Notes: generated by a model not told the origin, from the sequence alone. Numbered from the stretch's first letter, positions 53,890 to 63,597 are shown. The stretch is 64,000 bases of DNA from an uncultured Alphaproteobacteria bacterium (GCA_963753575.1 CAVWCR010000005.1:397547-461546), one strand, 5' to 3'. Numbers and translations: made by a program.

Positions 53890-54897
53890 GATTTCTGCAC
53901 CGGACGGCAGTTGAGGAAGGCGAACGGAATGAGGCCGCCGAGCGCGCCGAGCGCGGTCGAGAGCGCGACGCCGGCAAGCACCAGGAGGACGTTGGGGGCA
54001 TCCTTCTTGCGATGCCAGAGGAGCAGCGTGCCGAGCGCGATGTGGTAGGGAATTGCAGAGACTTGGCCCGCCATCTTGCCGATATTGAATCCTTCGGCGA
54101 AATCCTTGGCTGCGATGCCGGCGACGTAGCCGGAGACAAGCCCGATCACGAGCCCGATGAGCAGGTACATCAGGTACCAGCCGAACGCCTGTTTGGGCGT
54201 GCGCTGGTAGGAAAAGTTCATGATCTCCTGGAACATGCGCCGCTTTGGCTGTGCCGCAGGAGGGGCAGCAACGGAGAACGGGGTGTATGAAGCGGCAGCG
54301 GTGGGCCGCGGCCCTTCATAGGTGGTCGCGGCCGGTGCCGGGCCGGCAACTGGCGCGGTGCCGGCGGGAGGAGCGGGTGTGCCGGCCTGCCACAGCGCTT
54401 TCAACGAGTCTGCGAGCCTGTTGAGATGATCCTCCAACGGAGGCGTCATGGCGTCGAGCCAGTGCACGGTGCCGATGAAGTAGGCGAGCGATTCGGTCGG
54501 CACCACATCCTCGATCCGCACCGGAATGAGCGGAACGCCGACCGTGACCGCGCGCTCGACCTCGCGACGGATTTGTCTCGAACTCGTTGGCACTATGGGA
54601 AAAGATCAGGACGATCGCTCGACAATGATCGATCGCCTTGACGATGGCGGCACTCCACTCATCGCCTGGCGCAATGTCGCGTGGTGCGATCCAGCATCGG
54701 ATGCCGGCGCGCTCGAGCGCCGCGCAGGTTGCGTCGGCCGCAACCTTATCGACATGCGAATAGCTGATGTACACATCATGGGCCATACGGGGGGTCCTTG
54801 CCGACGTTTGTTGGGCCGACTCAGGAGTACAGGCGGATTCCGCCGGAATGTGCCCTGCCGGCGCGGAGTCCGCAACAAACTCACTCGCCATGCTCAT
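53886..54897 (-). pseudogene. TIR-domain protein with Pro/Ala linker and C-terminal 3-TM domain, interrupted by a frameshift near 54585-54606
   Basis: AAGGAG SD then ATG (complement 54895-54897). DVYISYSHVDKVAADATCAALERAGIRCWIAPRDIAPGDEWSAAIVKAIDHCRAIVLIFSHSAN continues sensibly only in another frame as ..SSRQIRREVERAVTVGVPLIPVRIEDVVPTESLAYFIGTVHWLDA (TIR_2-like). The span is 1012 nt, one nucleotide more than a multiple of three. Confidence 0.75.
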
Positions 54898-55091
54898 GGT
54901 TTGCTCCTTTTGGTCGGACGGGGCCGCACACCCGTCATCGGCCGCAGCATGCCTGCGCCGGCGGGCAGGTTCTGTGATCGCCATCACACTTTTGCTGCCG
55001 GGAACCAGGACCGGTGGGCGAACGCGACCGCAAGGTGATATGAATTGTTGAGAGAGGCCCGAAGGCCCACACGCAAAGGGAGAGAACGCCA

Positions 55092-56018
55092 ATGCTTTCA
55101 CGCCGCCAATTTCTCATAACCTCGGCCGGTGCCGGCGTCGCGCTGGCGACGCAGGACCTGAAGCCCGTCGCCGCGCAGGCGCGCCGGCTGATCGTGGACT
55201 CGCAGATCCACATGTGGCCGCCCAACCGACCCGACCGACCGTGGGTGCCGGGCACGCGGCCGCAGATCCCGGAGCCGTTCACCATCGAGCGGGTGGTGCC
55301 GATGATCGACGAAGCCGGTGTCGATCGTGTCGTCATCGTGCCGCCGACGCTCGAGGGCGAGCGCATCGACTATGCCCAGGAGGCGGTGCGCCGCTATCCG
55401 GGCCGCTTCGGCATCATGGCGCGGATCGCGCTCGACAAGCCGGATCGCGCCGCCCGCCTTGCCACCTGGCGCGACCAGCCCGGCGTGCTCGGCGTGCGAT
55501 TGAACATCGCGGCCCGGGAGGCCAAGTGGCTCGCCGACGGCACCACGGACTGGTTCTGGCCGGCGGCCGAGAAGGCCCGTGTCCCGATCATGTTTCTCAC
55601 CACCGGACAGACCGCGCTGTTCGGCCGGATCGCGGAGCGGCATCCGCAGCTCACTCTGATCATCGATCACATGGGCGTGTCGTCGGCGGCGCTGCGAAGC
55701 GGGAAGATGCCGGAAGCAATCGAGCAGTCGGCCGCGCTGGCCAAATATCCGAACGTGTCGGTGAAGCTGTCGTCGGCGCCGCTGTTTTCGTCAGAGCCCT
55801 ATCCGTGGCGCGACGTGACCCCGCACATCCGCCGCCTCTACGATGCATTCGGCCCGCGCCGCTGCCACTGGGGCACCGATGTCACCAATTCGTTCGCCAA
55901 GGCCACCTATCGACAGCGGGTGACGCACTTCACCGAAGAGCTCTCGTTCCTCTCCGAACAGGACAAGGATTGGATCATGGGCAAGTCGATCGTCGAGCGG
56001 CTGCGCTGGACTGCGTAG
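55092..56018 (+). CDS. Amidohydrolase-2 (metal-dependent hydrolase/decarboxylase) family protein with Tat-type signal
   Basis: MLSRRQFLITSAGAGVALA twin-arginine motif, DSQIHMW metal-binding start, IDHMG, typical TIM-barrel hydrolase length. Confidence 0.82.
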   Translation: MLSRRQFLITSAGAGVALATQDLKPVAAQARRLIVDSQIHMWPPNRPDRPWVPGTRPQIPEPFTIERVVPMIDEAGVDRVVIVPPTLEGERIDYAQEAVRRYPGRFGIMARIALDKPDRAARLATWRDQPGVLGVRLNIAAREAKWLADGTTDWFWPAAEKARVPIMFLTTGQTALFGRIAERHPQLTLIIDHMGVSSAALRSGKMPEAIEQSAALAKYPNVSVKLSSAPLFSSEPYPWRDVTPHIRRLYDAFGPRRCHWGTDVTNSFAKATYRQRVTHFTEELSFLSEQDKDWIMGKSIVERLRWTA

Positions 56019-56026
56019 GTGACTTG

Positions 56027-57049
56027 CTACGGGGCTTCCGCCTGCACCATCTCGTCGAGCATGCGGCGCGCCTGCATCTGCGCCGCATCGGCCGCGATGT
56101 GAATGAGCCCGTCGATGGCGCCGCCCTTGAGGTGCTTCTGCTGCGCCTCCAGCATCACCTTGTCTTCCAGGAAGGTGTTGTAGGAGCCTTCATGGAGCAG
56201 CTTCGACATCTCGGCATCGCCGAGCTTGAAGTTGCGCGCGAAGCCGAAGTGATAGTGGCACGAGGTCTCGGTTTCCGGCGTGACCAGATGCGTCGACCAG
56301 ATCGAGATGCCCTGGCTGCGGTTGCCCTCGGGCGCGCCGGTGCCGGTCGTGGCGCAGCCGACGTCCATGTAGACGATCGAGGGCGGCCGCCAGGTCGCGT
56401 GCTGCCAGCGGTCCACGTTGCTGTCGAAGCCGCCGGCCTTGGCGAACAGCGGCGGCGGTTTGAAGTCGATCATCCAGCGGCCGACCCGCACGCCGTCGTT
56501 CAGCCGCTCGGTCCTGGTCGGCGTCGAGGCTTCGCGCGGATCGCCCGCGATGGTGGCGCGATGAAGGTGCGCGACGTGCGTATAGTCGAGCAGGTTGTCG
56601 ACCAGGAGCTGCGCGTTGGCGTCGATGCGCAGATAGCCGGGCGTTGCGGTCCAGCCTGGATCGTCAAGCCACGGCAGCTCGACGATCTTGTCCGTGTCCG
56701 CGCGCGTGGGATCGCCCATCCAGATCCAGACCGTGTTGAAGCGCTCCACCACCGGATAGGCGCGCACGCGCGCACCCGGTGGCACCGTGGCCTGGCTCGG
56801 GATCGCAACGCAGCTGCCGTCGGCCGCGAAGGTGAGCCCGTGATAGCCGCAGCGCAAATGATCGCCCTCGACTTCGCCGAGCGACAGCGGCGCCGCGCGA
56901 TGGCAGCAACGATCTTCGAGCGCGGCCGGCCTGCCGCTCTTGCCGCGGTAGAGCACGATTGGCTCGTCCAGGAACGTGCGCGCAACCGGCTTGTCGCCGA
57001 GGTCCTTCGACCAGATCGCCGGATACCAACCGTTCTTCGGAAACCGCAT
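56027..57049 (-). CDS. Rieske [2Fe-2S] aromatic ring-hydroxylating / O-demethylating oxygenase (VanA-like)
   Basis: AGGAG SD, ATG (complement 57047-57049). WYPAIWSKDL, Rieske CCHRAAPLS...LRCGYHG, mononuclear iron region NLLDYTHVAHLH. Confidence 0.88.
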   Translation of the reverse strand: MRFPKNGWYPAIWSKDLGDKPVARTFLDEPIVLYRGKSGRPAALEDRCCHRAAPLSLGEVEGDHLRCGYHGLTFAADGSCVAIPSQATVPPGARVRAYPVVERFNTVWIWMGDPTRADTDKIVELPWLDDPGWTATPGYLRIDANAQLLVDNLLDYTHVAHLHRATIAGDPREASTPTRTERLNDGVRVGRWMIDFKPPPLFAKAGGFDSNVDRWQHATWRPPSIVYMDVGCATTGTGAPEGNRSQGISIWSTHLVTPETETSCHYHFGFARNFKLGDAEMSKLLHEGSYNTFLEDKVMLEAQQKHLKGGAIDGLIHIAADAAQMQARRMLDEMVQAEAP

Positions 57050-57214
57050 GGGCTCGCTCCTGAACGTGGGATGCAAAGGATAGGCACAACCCCATCGGCT
57101 GGCAATCTGCTGGTTCACCGCAGCGCCTGCCCGCTTGAACCGCCAGCACGGCTGTGGGACGCTCGATTGCCATAACGCCATAACAGAGCGTATTCGCCAT
57201 CAGGGAGGCTGCCC

Positions 57215-58249
57215 ATGCTCAATCGAACGCGCGCGCAACTCGGCATTGCCGTCACGCTGGCGGGCCTGGTCGGGTTTGCGGCGCCAGGCCTGGGGGAGGG
57301 CGTCGCTGATTTCTACAAAGGCAGAACGATCTCGATCCTGATGGGGACGGGCCCCGGCGGCAGCTACGACCTTTATGGCCGCACCATCGCCGAGCATCTG
57401 GGCCGGCATATACCGGGTCGTCCCTTGATCATCGTCGAGCACATGCCGGGCGCCGGCGGCGTCAACGCCGGCAATCACGTCTTCGGCCCGGGGCCGCAGG
57501 ACGGCAGCAAGATCCTGCTCTCGCACGCGCTGCCGCTGGTCGAGAAGCTCGAGCCTTCCGCCGGCGTGCGCTTCGAGTCACGCCGCTTTCAGTGGCTCGG
57601 CGCCTATGACGCGATCGCCCAGATGATGGCGGTCTGGCACACCGCGGGCGCAAGCACGCTCGACGACCTCAAGAGCAAGGACCTCGTCATCGGCTCGTTC
57701 AACAAGACTCATCTTACGTATCAATGGGCCATGCTGACCAAGGATGCGCTCGGCGCGAAATACAAGGTGATTACCGGCTATCCGAGCGGCAATCATCTCA
57801 ACCTCGCCATGGAGCGCGGCGAGGTCCACGGCTGGACGGCGTCGTGGGAGAATATCGCGGGTACCAGGCCGGAATGGCTGCGCGATAAGAAGATCAACAT
57901 CCTGGTCCAGTACACGATCGATCGCATGCCCGCGCTCAAGGACGTGCCGACGCTGATCGAGATCGCCCCTTCGGCCAAAAAGGACGTGGCGGAGTTCATC
58001 ACTTTCGGCACACCGTTTGCGCGCGCACTGGCGGTCGGGCCGAACGTGCCGGCGGATCGTGTCGCGGCGCTGCGCCAGGCGTTCGATGATCTGATGAAAG
58101 ACGAGGCGTTCCTCAATGACGCCAAGAAGCGCAAGCTCGACATCAATCCGCGCAACGCCACGGCGGTCCAGGGGCTGGTCGAGAAGATCGCCTCCGCGTC
58201 GCCCGATCTGATAAGGCGGGTGCGCAAGGCGATCGGGCAGGACGAATAA
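57215..58249 (+). CDS. Bug/TctC-like periplasmic solute-binding protein, divergent subgroup
   Basis: ADFYKGRTISILMGTGPGGSYDLYGRTIAEHL..HIPGRPLIIVEHMPGAGG. Fourth member of the divergent subgroup. Confidence 0.8.
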   Translation: MLNRTRAQLGIAVTLAGLVGFAAPGLGEGVADFYKGRTISILMGTGPGGSYDLYGRTIAEHLGRHIPGRPLIIVEHMPGAGGVNAGNHVFGPGPQDGSKILLSHALPLVEKLEPSAGVRFESRRFQWLGAYDAIAQMMAVWHTAGASTLDDLKSKDLVIGSFNKTHLTYQWAMLTKDALGAKYKVITGYPSGNHLNLAMERGEVHGWTASWENIAGTRPEWLRDKKINILVQYTIDRMPALKDVPTLIEIAPSAKKDVAEFITFGTPFARALAVGPNVPADRVAALRQAFDDLMKDEAFLNDAKKRKLDINPRNATAVQGLVEKIASASPDLIRRVRKAIGQDE

Positions 58250-58254
58250 ATCCG

Positions 58255-58953
58255 ATGGCGTTTGCGTCGTCGCCCGAGCTGCGCGCGGAGGTGCTCACCG
58301 CCTGCCGCGTGCTCACGCATTTCCGGATCGTCGAGGGCTTCGGTCATGTCAGCGCCCGCATTGCGGGGGCTGAGCGCATCCTGATCACGCCGCGGCGCGC
58401 CCTTGGCCTGGTGACCGAGCCTGAGCTGATCGAGCTCGATCTCGACGGCCGGCAGGTGGCGGGCGAAGGCAGTCCGCCGCTCGAAGCCGCGATGCATCTC
58501 GCGGTTTATCGCGGCCGTGAAGACGTCCTCGCGATCGCGCGCGGGCACCCGCGCCACGTCGCGGCCTACGCCAGCGCGGGCGAGCCGCTGCAGATTGCGC
58601 ATGGCTTTGGCGCCAATCTCGGGCACGTCGTGCCGGTGTTCGGCGCGCCGCTCCTGGTGACAAATGCCGAGCGCGCGCAGGGCATTGTCGAGACGCTCGG
58701 CGCAGCGGGCGCCGTGATCCTGCGCGCGAACGGCATGCTGGCGGTCGGCCAATCGGTCGCGCATGCCTGCGTGCAGGTGCTGTTCCTGGAGGAGACCGCA
58801 GAGCTTCAGCTGCTCGCCGCGGGCGCGGGCCTTACGCCGCGCTTCTATTCACCGGAGGAAGCCACCCGCCGCCACGGCGACGACCGCGTGCACGAGCCGC
58901 TGCGCGCGTCGGAATATTACGTCGCGGTCGCGGAAGGGAGGCTGACACGATGA
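58255..58953 (+). CDS. Class II aldolase/adducin-family protein
   Basis: 232 aa. GFGHVSARI, LEAAMHLAVYRGREDV, GHPRHV, typical class II aldolase motifs. Confidence 0.85.
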   Translation: MAFASSPELRAEVLTACRVLTHFRIVEGFGHVSARIAGAERILITPRRALGLVTEPELIELDLDGRQVAGEGSPPLEAAMHLAVYRGREDVLAIARGHPRHVAAYASAGEPLQIAHGFGANLGHVVPVFGAPLLVTNAERAQGIVETLGAAGAVILRANGMLAVGQSVAHACVQVLFLEETAELQLLAAGAGLTPRFYSPEEATRRHGDDRVHEPLRASEYYVAVAEGRLTR

Positions 58954-58959
58954 AAATCC

Positions 58960-59125
58960 GTAGGGTGGGCAAAGGCGCTGGCAGAGGCTTTCCGCACGAA
59001 GGAATCTCTTGTGCGCCGTGCCCACCATGCTGGTTTTCGCGACAATAGTCCGTTCTGGTGGGCACGGTGCTGCGCCCTGCAGGTGGTGAGACCGTGCGCT
59101 CGGCTCGCACCTTTGCCCACCCTAC
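58960..59125. mobile_element. REPIN/MITE-like element with GTAG-headed termini (GTAGGGTGGGCAAAGGCGC)
   Basis: 58960-58978 is the reverse complement of 59107-59125 (1 mismatch). Inner inverted pair GTGCCCACC/GGTGGGCAC. Sits between convergent genes. Confidence 0.65.
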
Positions 59126-59140
59126 AAGATCAACCGCGCC

Positions 59141-59965
59141 CTACGAGCAAAACACCCGTGGCGTTTGCGCCTGCACCGGGATGACGCGCCGCTTCGGCGT
59201 GCGGCCGGCGATCTCCAGCACCAGCTTGTGGCGGGTTGCTTCCTTGAACTGCTCGCGGTCCTTGATCGGGATCACGAACGAGCCCGGTCCGCCGACGACG
59301 CAGTCCTCGTAGTAGACGTCGAGATGTTCGTACTGCATCGCGTAGAGGCCGTAACCGGTCCGCCGCTTGAGCATGATCGGCAGGCCGTTGATGGTGATGC
59401 CGCCCGCCAGCACGTCGTCGCGCATCATCGTGGCGGGCGGCCCCATGTTGTTGACACCGTCGCCCGATACGTCGATCACGCGGCGGAGGCCGCCGTAGCC
59501 GGAGGCGTCGAACAGGGGCTTGGCAAATTGCAGCGCGCCGAAGATCGAGGTGCGCGGCGCGCGCCGGTAAGGCGCGCGCGCGATCTCGTTGGCGACGGCG
59601 TCGGCCGATTCCGGCCCGTCGATCAGCCGCCACGGCATGATGATTTTCTGGTCGTAGAGACCGGCCCATTCGAAATAGGTGATCGCGACCTTGCCGTGCA
59701 TGCCGCCGCGCACCGCCGACATGAACTCGCGCGATGTCAGGCCCGTGATGTAGCCTTCGCGTTGCAGCGCCTGCTCATCCGGGTCCATCGAGTTGGACAC
59801 GTCGACCGCGATCACCAGCTCGGTGTCGACCGGAATGGCGTTCGGGCTCTTGTCGACCAAACGCAGCGTCGGTGCCGCGATGCCGCCGGCGAGTGCCAAA
59901 ACCATGGCCGCGGCGATGACTACACCGGACGCCAGCATCGACAACAGCGAGGTCTGCGCACGCAT
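59141..59965 (-). CDS. DUF1194 (vWA-like) domain protein
   Basis: Signal/TM, VDTELVIAVDVSNSMDPDEQALQREGY, KVAITYFEWAG, RRVIDVSGDGVNN, ITINGLPI. Confidence 0.8.
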   Translation of the reverse strand: MRAQTSLLSMLASGVVIAAAMVLALAGGIAAPTLRLVDKSPNAIPVDTELVIAVDVSNSMDPDEQALQREGYITGLTSREFMSAVRGGMHGKVAITYFEWAGLYDQKIIMPWRLIDGPESADAVANEIARAPYRRAPRTSIFGALQFAKPLFDASGYGGLRRVIDVSGDGVNNMGPPATMMRDDVLAGGITINGLPIMLKRRTGYGLYAMQYEHLDVYYEDCVVGGPGSFVIPIKDREQFKEATRHKLVLEIAGRTPKRRVIPVQAQTPRVFCS

Positions 59966-60259
59966 GCGTGGCTCCCTTTTGGACTCTCGCTATGGTGCCA
60001 TGGGAGTGTGGCCGCGAATAGGCCGTCGGCATGGGCCTGTGGAGGCCGGCGCACAGCAGGAGGCCGTCGGATGACCCACGGTTGCAGCCTGCGCGGCCCG
60101 ATTGCCCGGCGGCCTTACACCGTGTGGCTCGCGGCCGGGCGTGCCGCGGGCTTCGCTGCTCCCCCTGAGCCGCATCGTTGACGCCGCAGGCGCGGTGAAT
60201 AGAGTCGATGAACAGAGTCGAGATGGTTTAGAATTTTTCGGTTTCACAGGAGTAATCCC

Positions 60260-60790
60260 ATGAGTGTCGCCCGGCATCCGCGTTCACCGGAGCTTGAAGG
60301 CGTTCCGGTCGAAGAGATCATGGCAAAATACGTCGGCCGCTTCCGCGAGAAGAAACCGGATTGGGCTGCGTTCGAGGACGCCAAGATCGAAGGCTACAAG
60401 CGCGCGCAGCACCGCTTCATCGGCGCCGGCGGCTCCGGCAAGCACGGCGATCCGACCGTGATCCCGGCCGGCAACTTCACGCTCTCGATCATGTTCGTGC
60501 CCCCCGGCCAGGGCAACGCCGCCCATACCCACGAAGTCGAAGAGTGCTTCTTCGTGCTGCAGGGCTATCTCGACGTCTTCGTGGAAGATGAGAGCGGCAA
60601 GCGCATCACCACGCGGCTCGGGCCCTGGGAATGCATCGCCTGCCCCGCAGGCGTCATCCACGGTTACCAGAATGATTCACTCGAGCCCGTGTACTTCCAG
60701 GTCATGCTCGGCCGCGGCCGGCCGGAAACGATGGGCTATGCGGATGACGAGCTTTACAAACGGCGCGACGCCCATCTCAAGGCGGTGTGA
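60260..60790 (+). CDS. Cupin-domain protein
   Basis: AGGAG SD. GNAAHTHEVEECFFVLQG and PAGVIHGYQN cupin motifs 1 and 2. Confidence 0.75.
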   Translation: MSVARHPRSPELEGVPVEEIMAKYVGRFREKKPDWAAFEDAKIEGYKRAQHRFIGAGGSGKHGDPTVIPAGNFTLSIMFVPPGQGNAAHTHEVEECFFVLQGYLDVFVEDESGKRITTRLGPWECIACPAGVIHGYQNDSLEPVYFQVMLGRGRPETMGYADDELYKRRDAHLKAV

Positions 60791-61620
60791 GGGTGCCGGC
60801 CTTCATCTGCACCACCTGCGGCACGCAATATGTGCCGAGCGAAGCGCCGCCCGCACAATGCATCATCTGCGAAGAGGAGCGGCAATACGTGCCGCCCTCG
60901 GGGCAGAGCTGGACCACGCCCGAGCGGCTGGCGGCGCGCCATGCCAATGCGTTCCGTCAGCATGAGCCTGGCCTCATCAGCATCGGCTCGCTGCCGACAT
61001 TTGCGATCGGCCAGCGCGCGCTCCTCTTGTGCACGCCTGCGGGCAACCTGCTGTGGGACTGCATCTCGCTTCTTGATGACGCCACCATCGCGGTGATCAA
61101 GGGCCTCGGCGGCCTCAAGGCGATCGCGATCTCGCATCCGCATTTCTACACCACGATGGTGGACTGGAGCCGCGCCTTCGATTGCCCGGTGCATCTGCAT
61201 GGCGCCGATCGCAAATGGGTGATGCGGCCCGATCCGGCGATCAAATTCTGGGAAGGCGATACGCTCTCGCTTCTCCCTGGCGTGACGCTCATTCGCGGCG
61301 GCGGTCATTTCCCTGGCGGCACGATGCTGCATTGGGCGCAAGGCGCCGGCGGCCGCGGCGCGCTCCTCTCCGCCGACATCGCCACCGTCGTGCCCGACCG
61401 CAAGTTCTTGAGCTTCATGCGCAGCTATCCGAACCTGATCCCGCTCTCGGCGCGCGAGGTCGAAGGCATCGCGGCTTCGCTGGCGCCGTTTCAATTCGAC
61501 ACGATCTACGGCCACTTCTTCGACCGCGTCATTGCGGCCGGCGCCAAGGGCGTGCTGGCGAAATCGGCCGCGCGCTACCTCGCCGCGATCGCCGGCACCG
61601 CGCGCGGGCCGATGGAGTAA
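60787..61620 (+). CDS. MBL-fold metallo-hydrolase with N-terminal Cys4 knuckle
   Basis: GTGA overlap with the cupin stop. FICTTCGTQY...CIICEEERQ, ISHPHFY metal motif. Confidence 0.75.
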   Translation: MRVPAFICTTCGTQYVPSEAPPAQCIICEEERQYVPPSGQSWTTPERLAARHANAFRQHEPGLISIGSLPTFAIGQRALLLCTPAGNLLWDCISLLDDATIAVIKGLGGLKAIAISHPHFYTTMVDWSRAFDCPVHLHGADRKWVMRPDPAIKFWEGDTLSLLPGVTLIRGGGHFPGGTMLHWAQGAGGRGALLSADIATVVPDRKFLSFMRSYPNLIPLSAREVEGIAASLAPFQFDTIYGHFFDRVIAAGAKGVLAKSAARYLAAIAGTARGPME

Positions 61621-61684
61621 GTCTGCAGTCTGCTTGAACGATGACCGCCGCGGTCTACGCGTTATGTTGTCTTGAATTCGCGCT

Positions 61685-61723
61685 GGGTCCCCGCTTTCGC
61701 GGCGCGCAGGCGGGGACGAACGG
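61685..61723. repeat. Partial REP-type repeat (GGGTCCCCGC...GCAGGCGGGGACGAACGG)
   Basis: Shares the CGCAGGCGGGGAC(G/C)AACG arm with the 19499 and 39108 elements. Only one complete arm. Confidence 0.45.
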
Positions 61724-61746
61724 CAGGTGAACGGACGCGGACCTTG

Positions 61747-62445
61747 TCACTCCTCTTCCGACGCCTTGCCGCCGCCGATCTGCTTGAGCTTGGCCAACAC
61801 CGCGTCGACGTTGAGGTCGTCGCTTGGCTTCTTCTCCTCCACGGGCTCGGGCTCGCGCGGCCTGATCGTGGTCTCGGAAGCGGGCAGGAGGGTGGCGCCC
61901 TGTGCCGTGTGGTCGACCGGCTTCTCCTTGGCGGCGCGATGCACTTCGAGGTCGAGATCGATCTGCGAGCACAGCCCGAGCGTCACCGGGTCCATCGGCT
62001 GCAGATTGGCGGCATTCCAGTGCGTGCGCTCGCGGATCGACTCGATCGTCGACTTGGTGGTGCCGACGAGCCGCATGATCTGCGCGTCCTTGAGCTCGGG
62101 GTGATTGCGCACCAGCCACAGGATGGCGTTCGGGCGGTCTTGGCGACGCGACACCGGCGTGTAGCGCGGCCCTTTCTTGCTCTTGGGCTGCGGCAGGCGG
62201 ACCTTGGGCTCGGACACCTTAAGCTTGAGGTCGGGATTGGCTTCGGCCTCCGCGATCTGCTCGCGGGTCAGCTGGCCGGTCACGACCGGGTCGAGCCCCT
62301 TGATGCCCTGTGCGGCGTCGCCGTCGGCGATCGCCTTCACCTCGAGCGGATGCAGGGCGCAGAATTGCGCGATCTGATCGAACGACAGGGCGGTGTTCTC
62401 GACCAGCCAGACGGCGGTTGCCTTCGGCATCAGCGGTGCGTTCAT
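61747..62445 (-). CDS. DUF1013-domain protein (TrcR-like cell-cycle transcriptional regulator)
   Basis: MNAPLMPKATAVWLVENTALSFDQIAQFCALHPLEVKAIADGDAAQGIKGLDPV...RYTPVSRRQDRPNAILWLVRNHPELKDAQI, highly conserved alphaproteobacterial family. Start at internal ATG. Confidence 0.85.
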   Translation of the reverse strand: MNAPLMPKATAVWLVENTALSFDQIAQFCALHPLEVKAIADGDAAQGIKGLDPVVTGQLTREQIAEAEANPDLKLKVSEPKVRLPQPKSKKGPRYTPVSRRQDRPNAILWLVRNHPELKDAQIMRLVGTTKSTIESIRERTHWNAANLQPMDPVTLGLCSQIDLDLEVHRAAKEKPVDHTAQGATLLPASETTIRPREPEPVEEKKPSDDLNVDAVLAKLKQIGGGKASEEE

Positions 62446-62628
62446 GCGAATTCTCCTGTGCGCTTCGCCCGCCCATCCGACAGCGAAGCCATTCCTCATC
62501 CACGAATACTGGAATAGCCCAGAATATAGGCAAGCCGGCCAGCCTGTTCAATGACTTGTTTCTCTTTAGTATTCAGGCCCTTGACGGGGCAGGCCGAAGC
62601 GCGTTAGCGGCGCTAGTGCCCGGAGCAG

Positions 62629-63597
62629 ATGATGGCCGTCTATACCGACGTTGCGGCGGAAGAGCTCGCCCAGTTTCTCGCCAACTACGACGTCGGCGAG
62701 CTTCTGTCCTACAAGGGCATCGCCGAAGGCGTCGAGAACTCGAACTTCCTGGTGCACACCAGCCGGGGCGCGTTCATCCTGACGCTGTATGAGCGACGGG
62801 TGGCCGCAAAGGACCTGCCGTTCTTCCTCGCCCTGATGGAGCATCTCGCGAGCCGCGGCATCACCTGTCCGCAGCCGGTCAAGAACCGCGACGGCGACAT
62901 GCTCGGCACCGTGGCCGGCCGGCCCGCCGCGATCATCACGTTTCTCGAGGGAATGTGGATCAGGCGGCCGTCGCCCACCCATTGCGCGGCGCTCGGGACC
63001 GCGCTCGCCCAGCTGCACCTTGCCGGCCTCGACTTCCCGTTCCGGCGCACCAATGCGCTTTCGGTCGGCGGCTGGCGGCAGCTCTACGAGCACTGCGGCT
63101 CCCGTGCCAACGAGGTGCAGCGCGACCTGAAATCGCTCCTGGCCAAGGAATTGGCCGAGCACGAACAGAACTGGCCGCGGACCCTGCCGGAAGGCGTGAT
63201 CCACGCCGACCTGTTTCCCGACAATGTCTTTTTTCTCGGCGAAAGGCTTTCGGGCTTGATCGATTTCTACTTCGCCTGCACCGATGCGCTTGCCTATGAC
63301 GTGGCGATCTGTCTCAACGCCTGGTGCTTCGAGGCCGACCATTCCTACAACGTCACCAAGGGCAGGGGCCTGCTTGCAGCCTATGCGGCGGTACGTCCGT
63401 TGTCGGCGCAGGAGCGCGACGCGCTGCCGATGCTCGCGCGCGGGGCGGCGTTGCGCTTCCTCCTGACGCGGCTCGTCGATTGGTTCAACGTGCCGCCAGG
63501 CGCGCTGGTGCGGCCCAAGGACCCGATGGAGTATTTCCGCAAGTTGCGTTTCCACCAACTGGTCAAATCCGTCCGCGACTATGGAATCGACGCATGA
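62629..63597 (+). CDS. thrB: Homoserine kinase (APH-fold, ThrB type II)
   Basis: [55 protein letters not shown], 322 aa. Confidence 0.9.
   Translation: MMAVYTDVAAEELAQFLANYDVGELLSYKGIAEGVENSNFLVHTSRGAFILTLYERRVAAKDLPFFLALMEHLASRGITCPQPVKNRDGDMLGTVAGRPAAIITFLEGMWIRRPSPTHCAALGTALAQLHLAGLDFPFRRTNALSVGGWRQLYEHCGSRANEVQRDLKSLLAKELAEHEQNWPRTLPEGVIHADLFPDNVFFLGERLSGLIDFYFACTDALAYDVAICLNAWCFEADHSYNVTKGRGLLAAYAAVRPLSAQERDALPMLARGAALRFLLTRLVDWFNVPPGALVRPKDPMEYFRKLRFHQLVKSVRDYGIDA

Noticed and set aside
55214-57175. 653-aa plus-strand ORF spanning the amidohydrolase gene (out of frame) and the antisense of the Rieske oxygenase
   Set aside because: It overlaps two genes that have clear family motifs and proper SD sequences. 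Its own product is Arg/Ala/Gly-rich junk, so it is a GC-driven shadow ORF.
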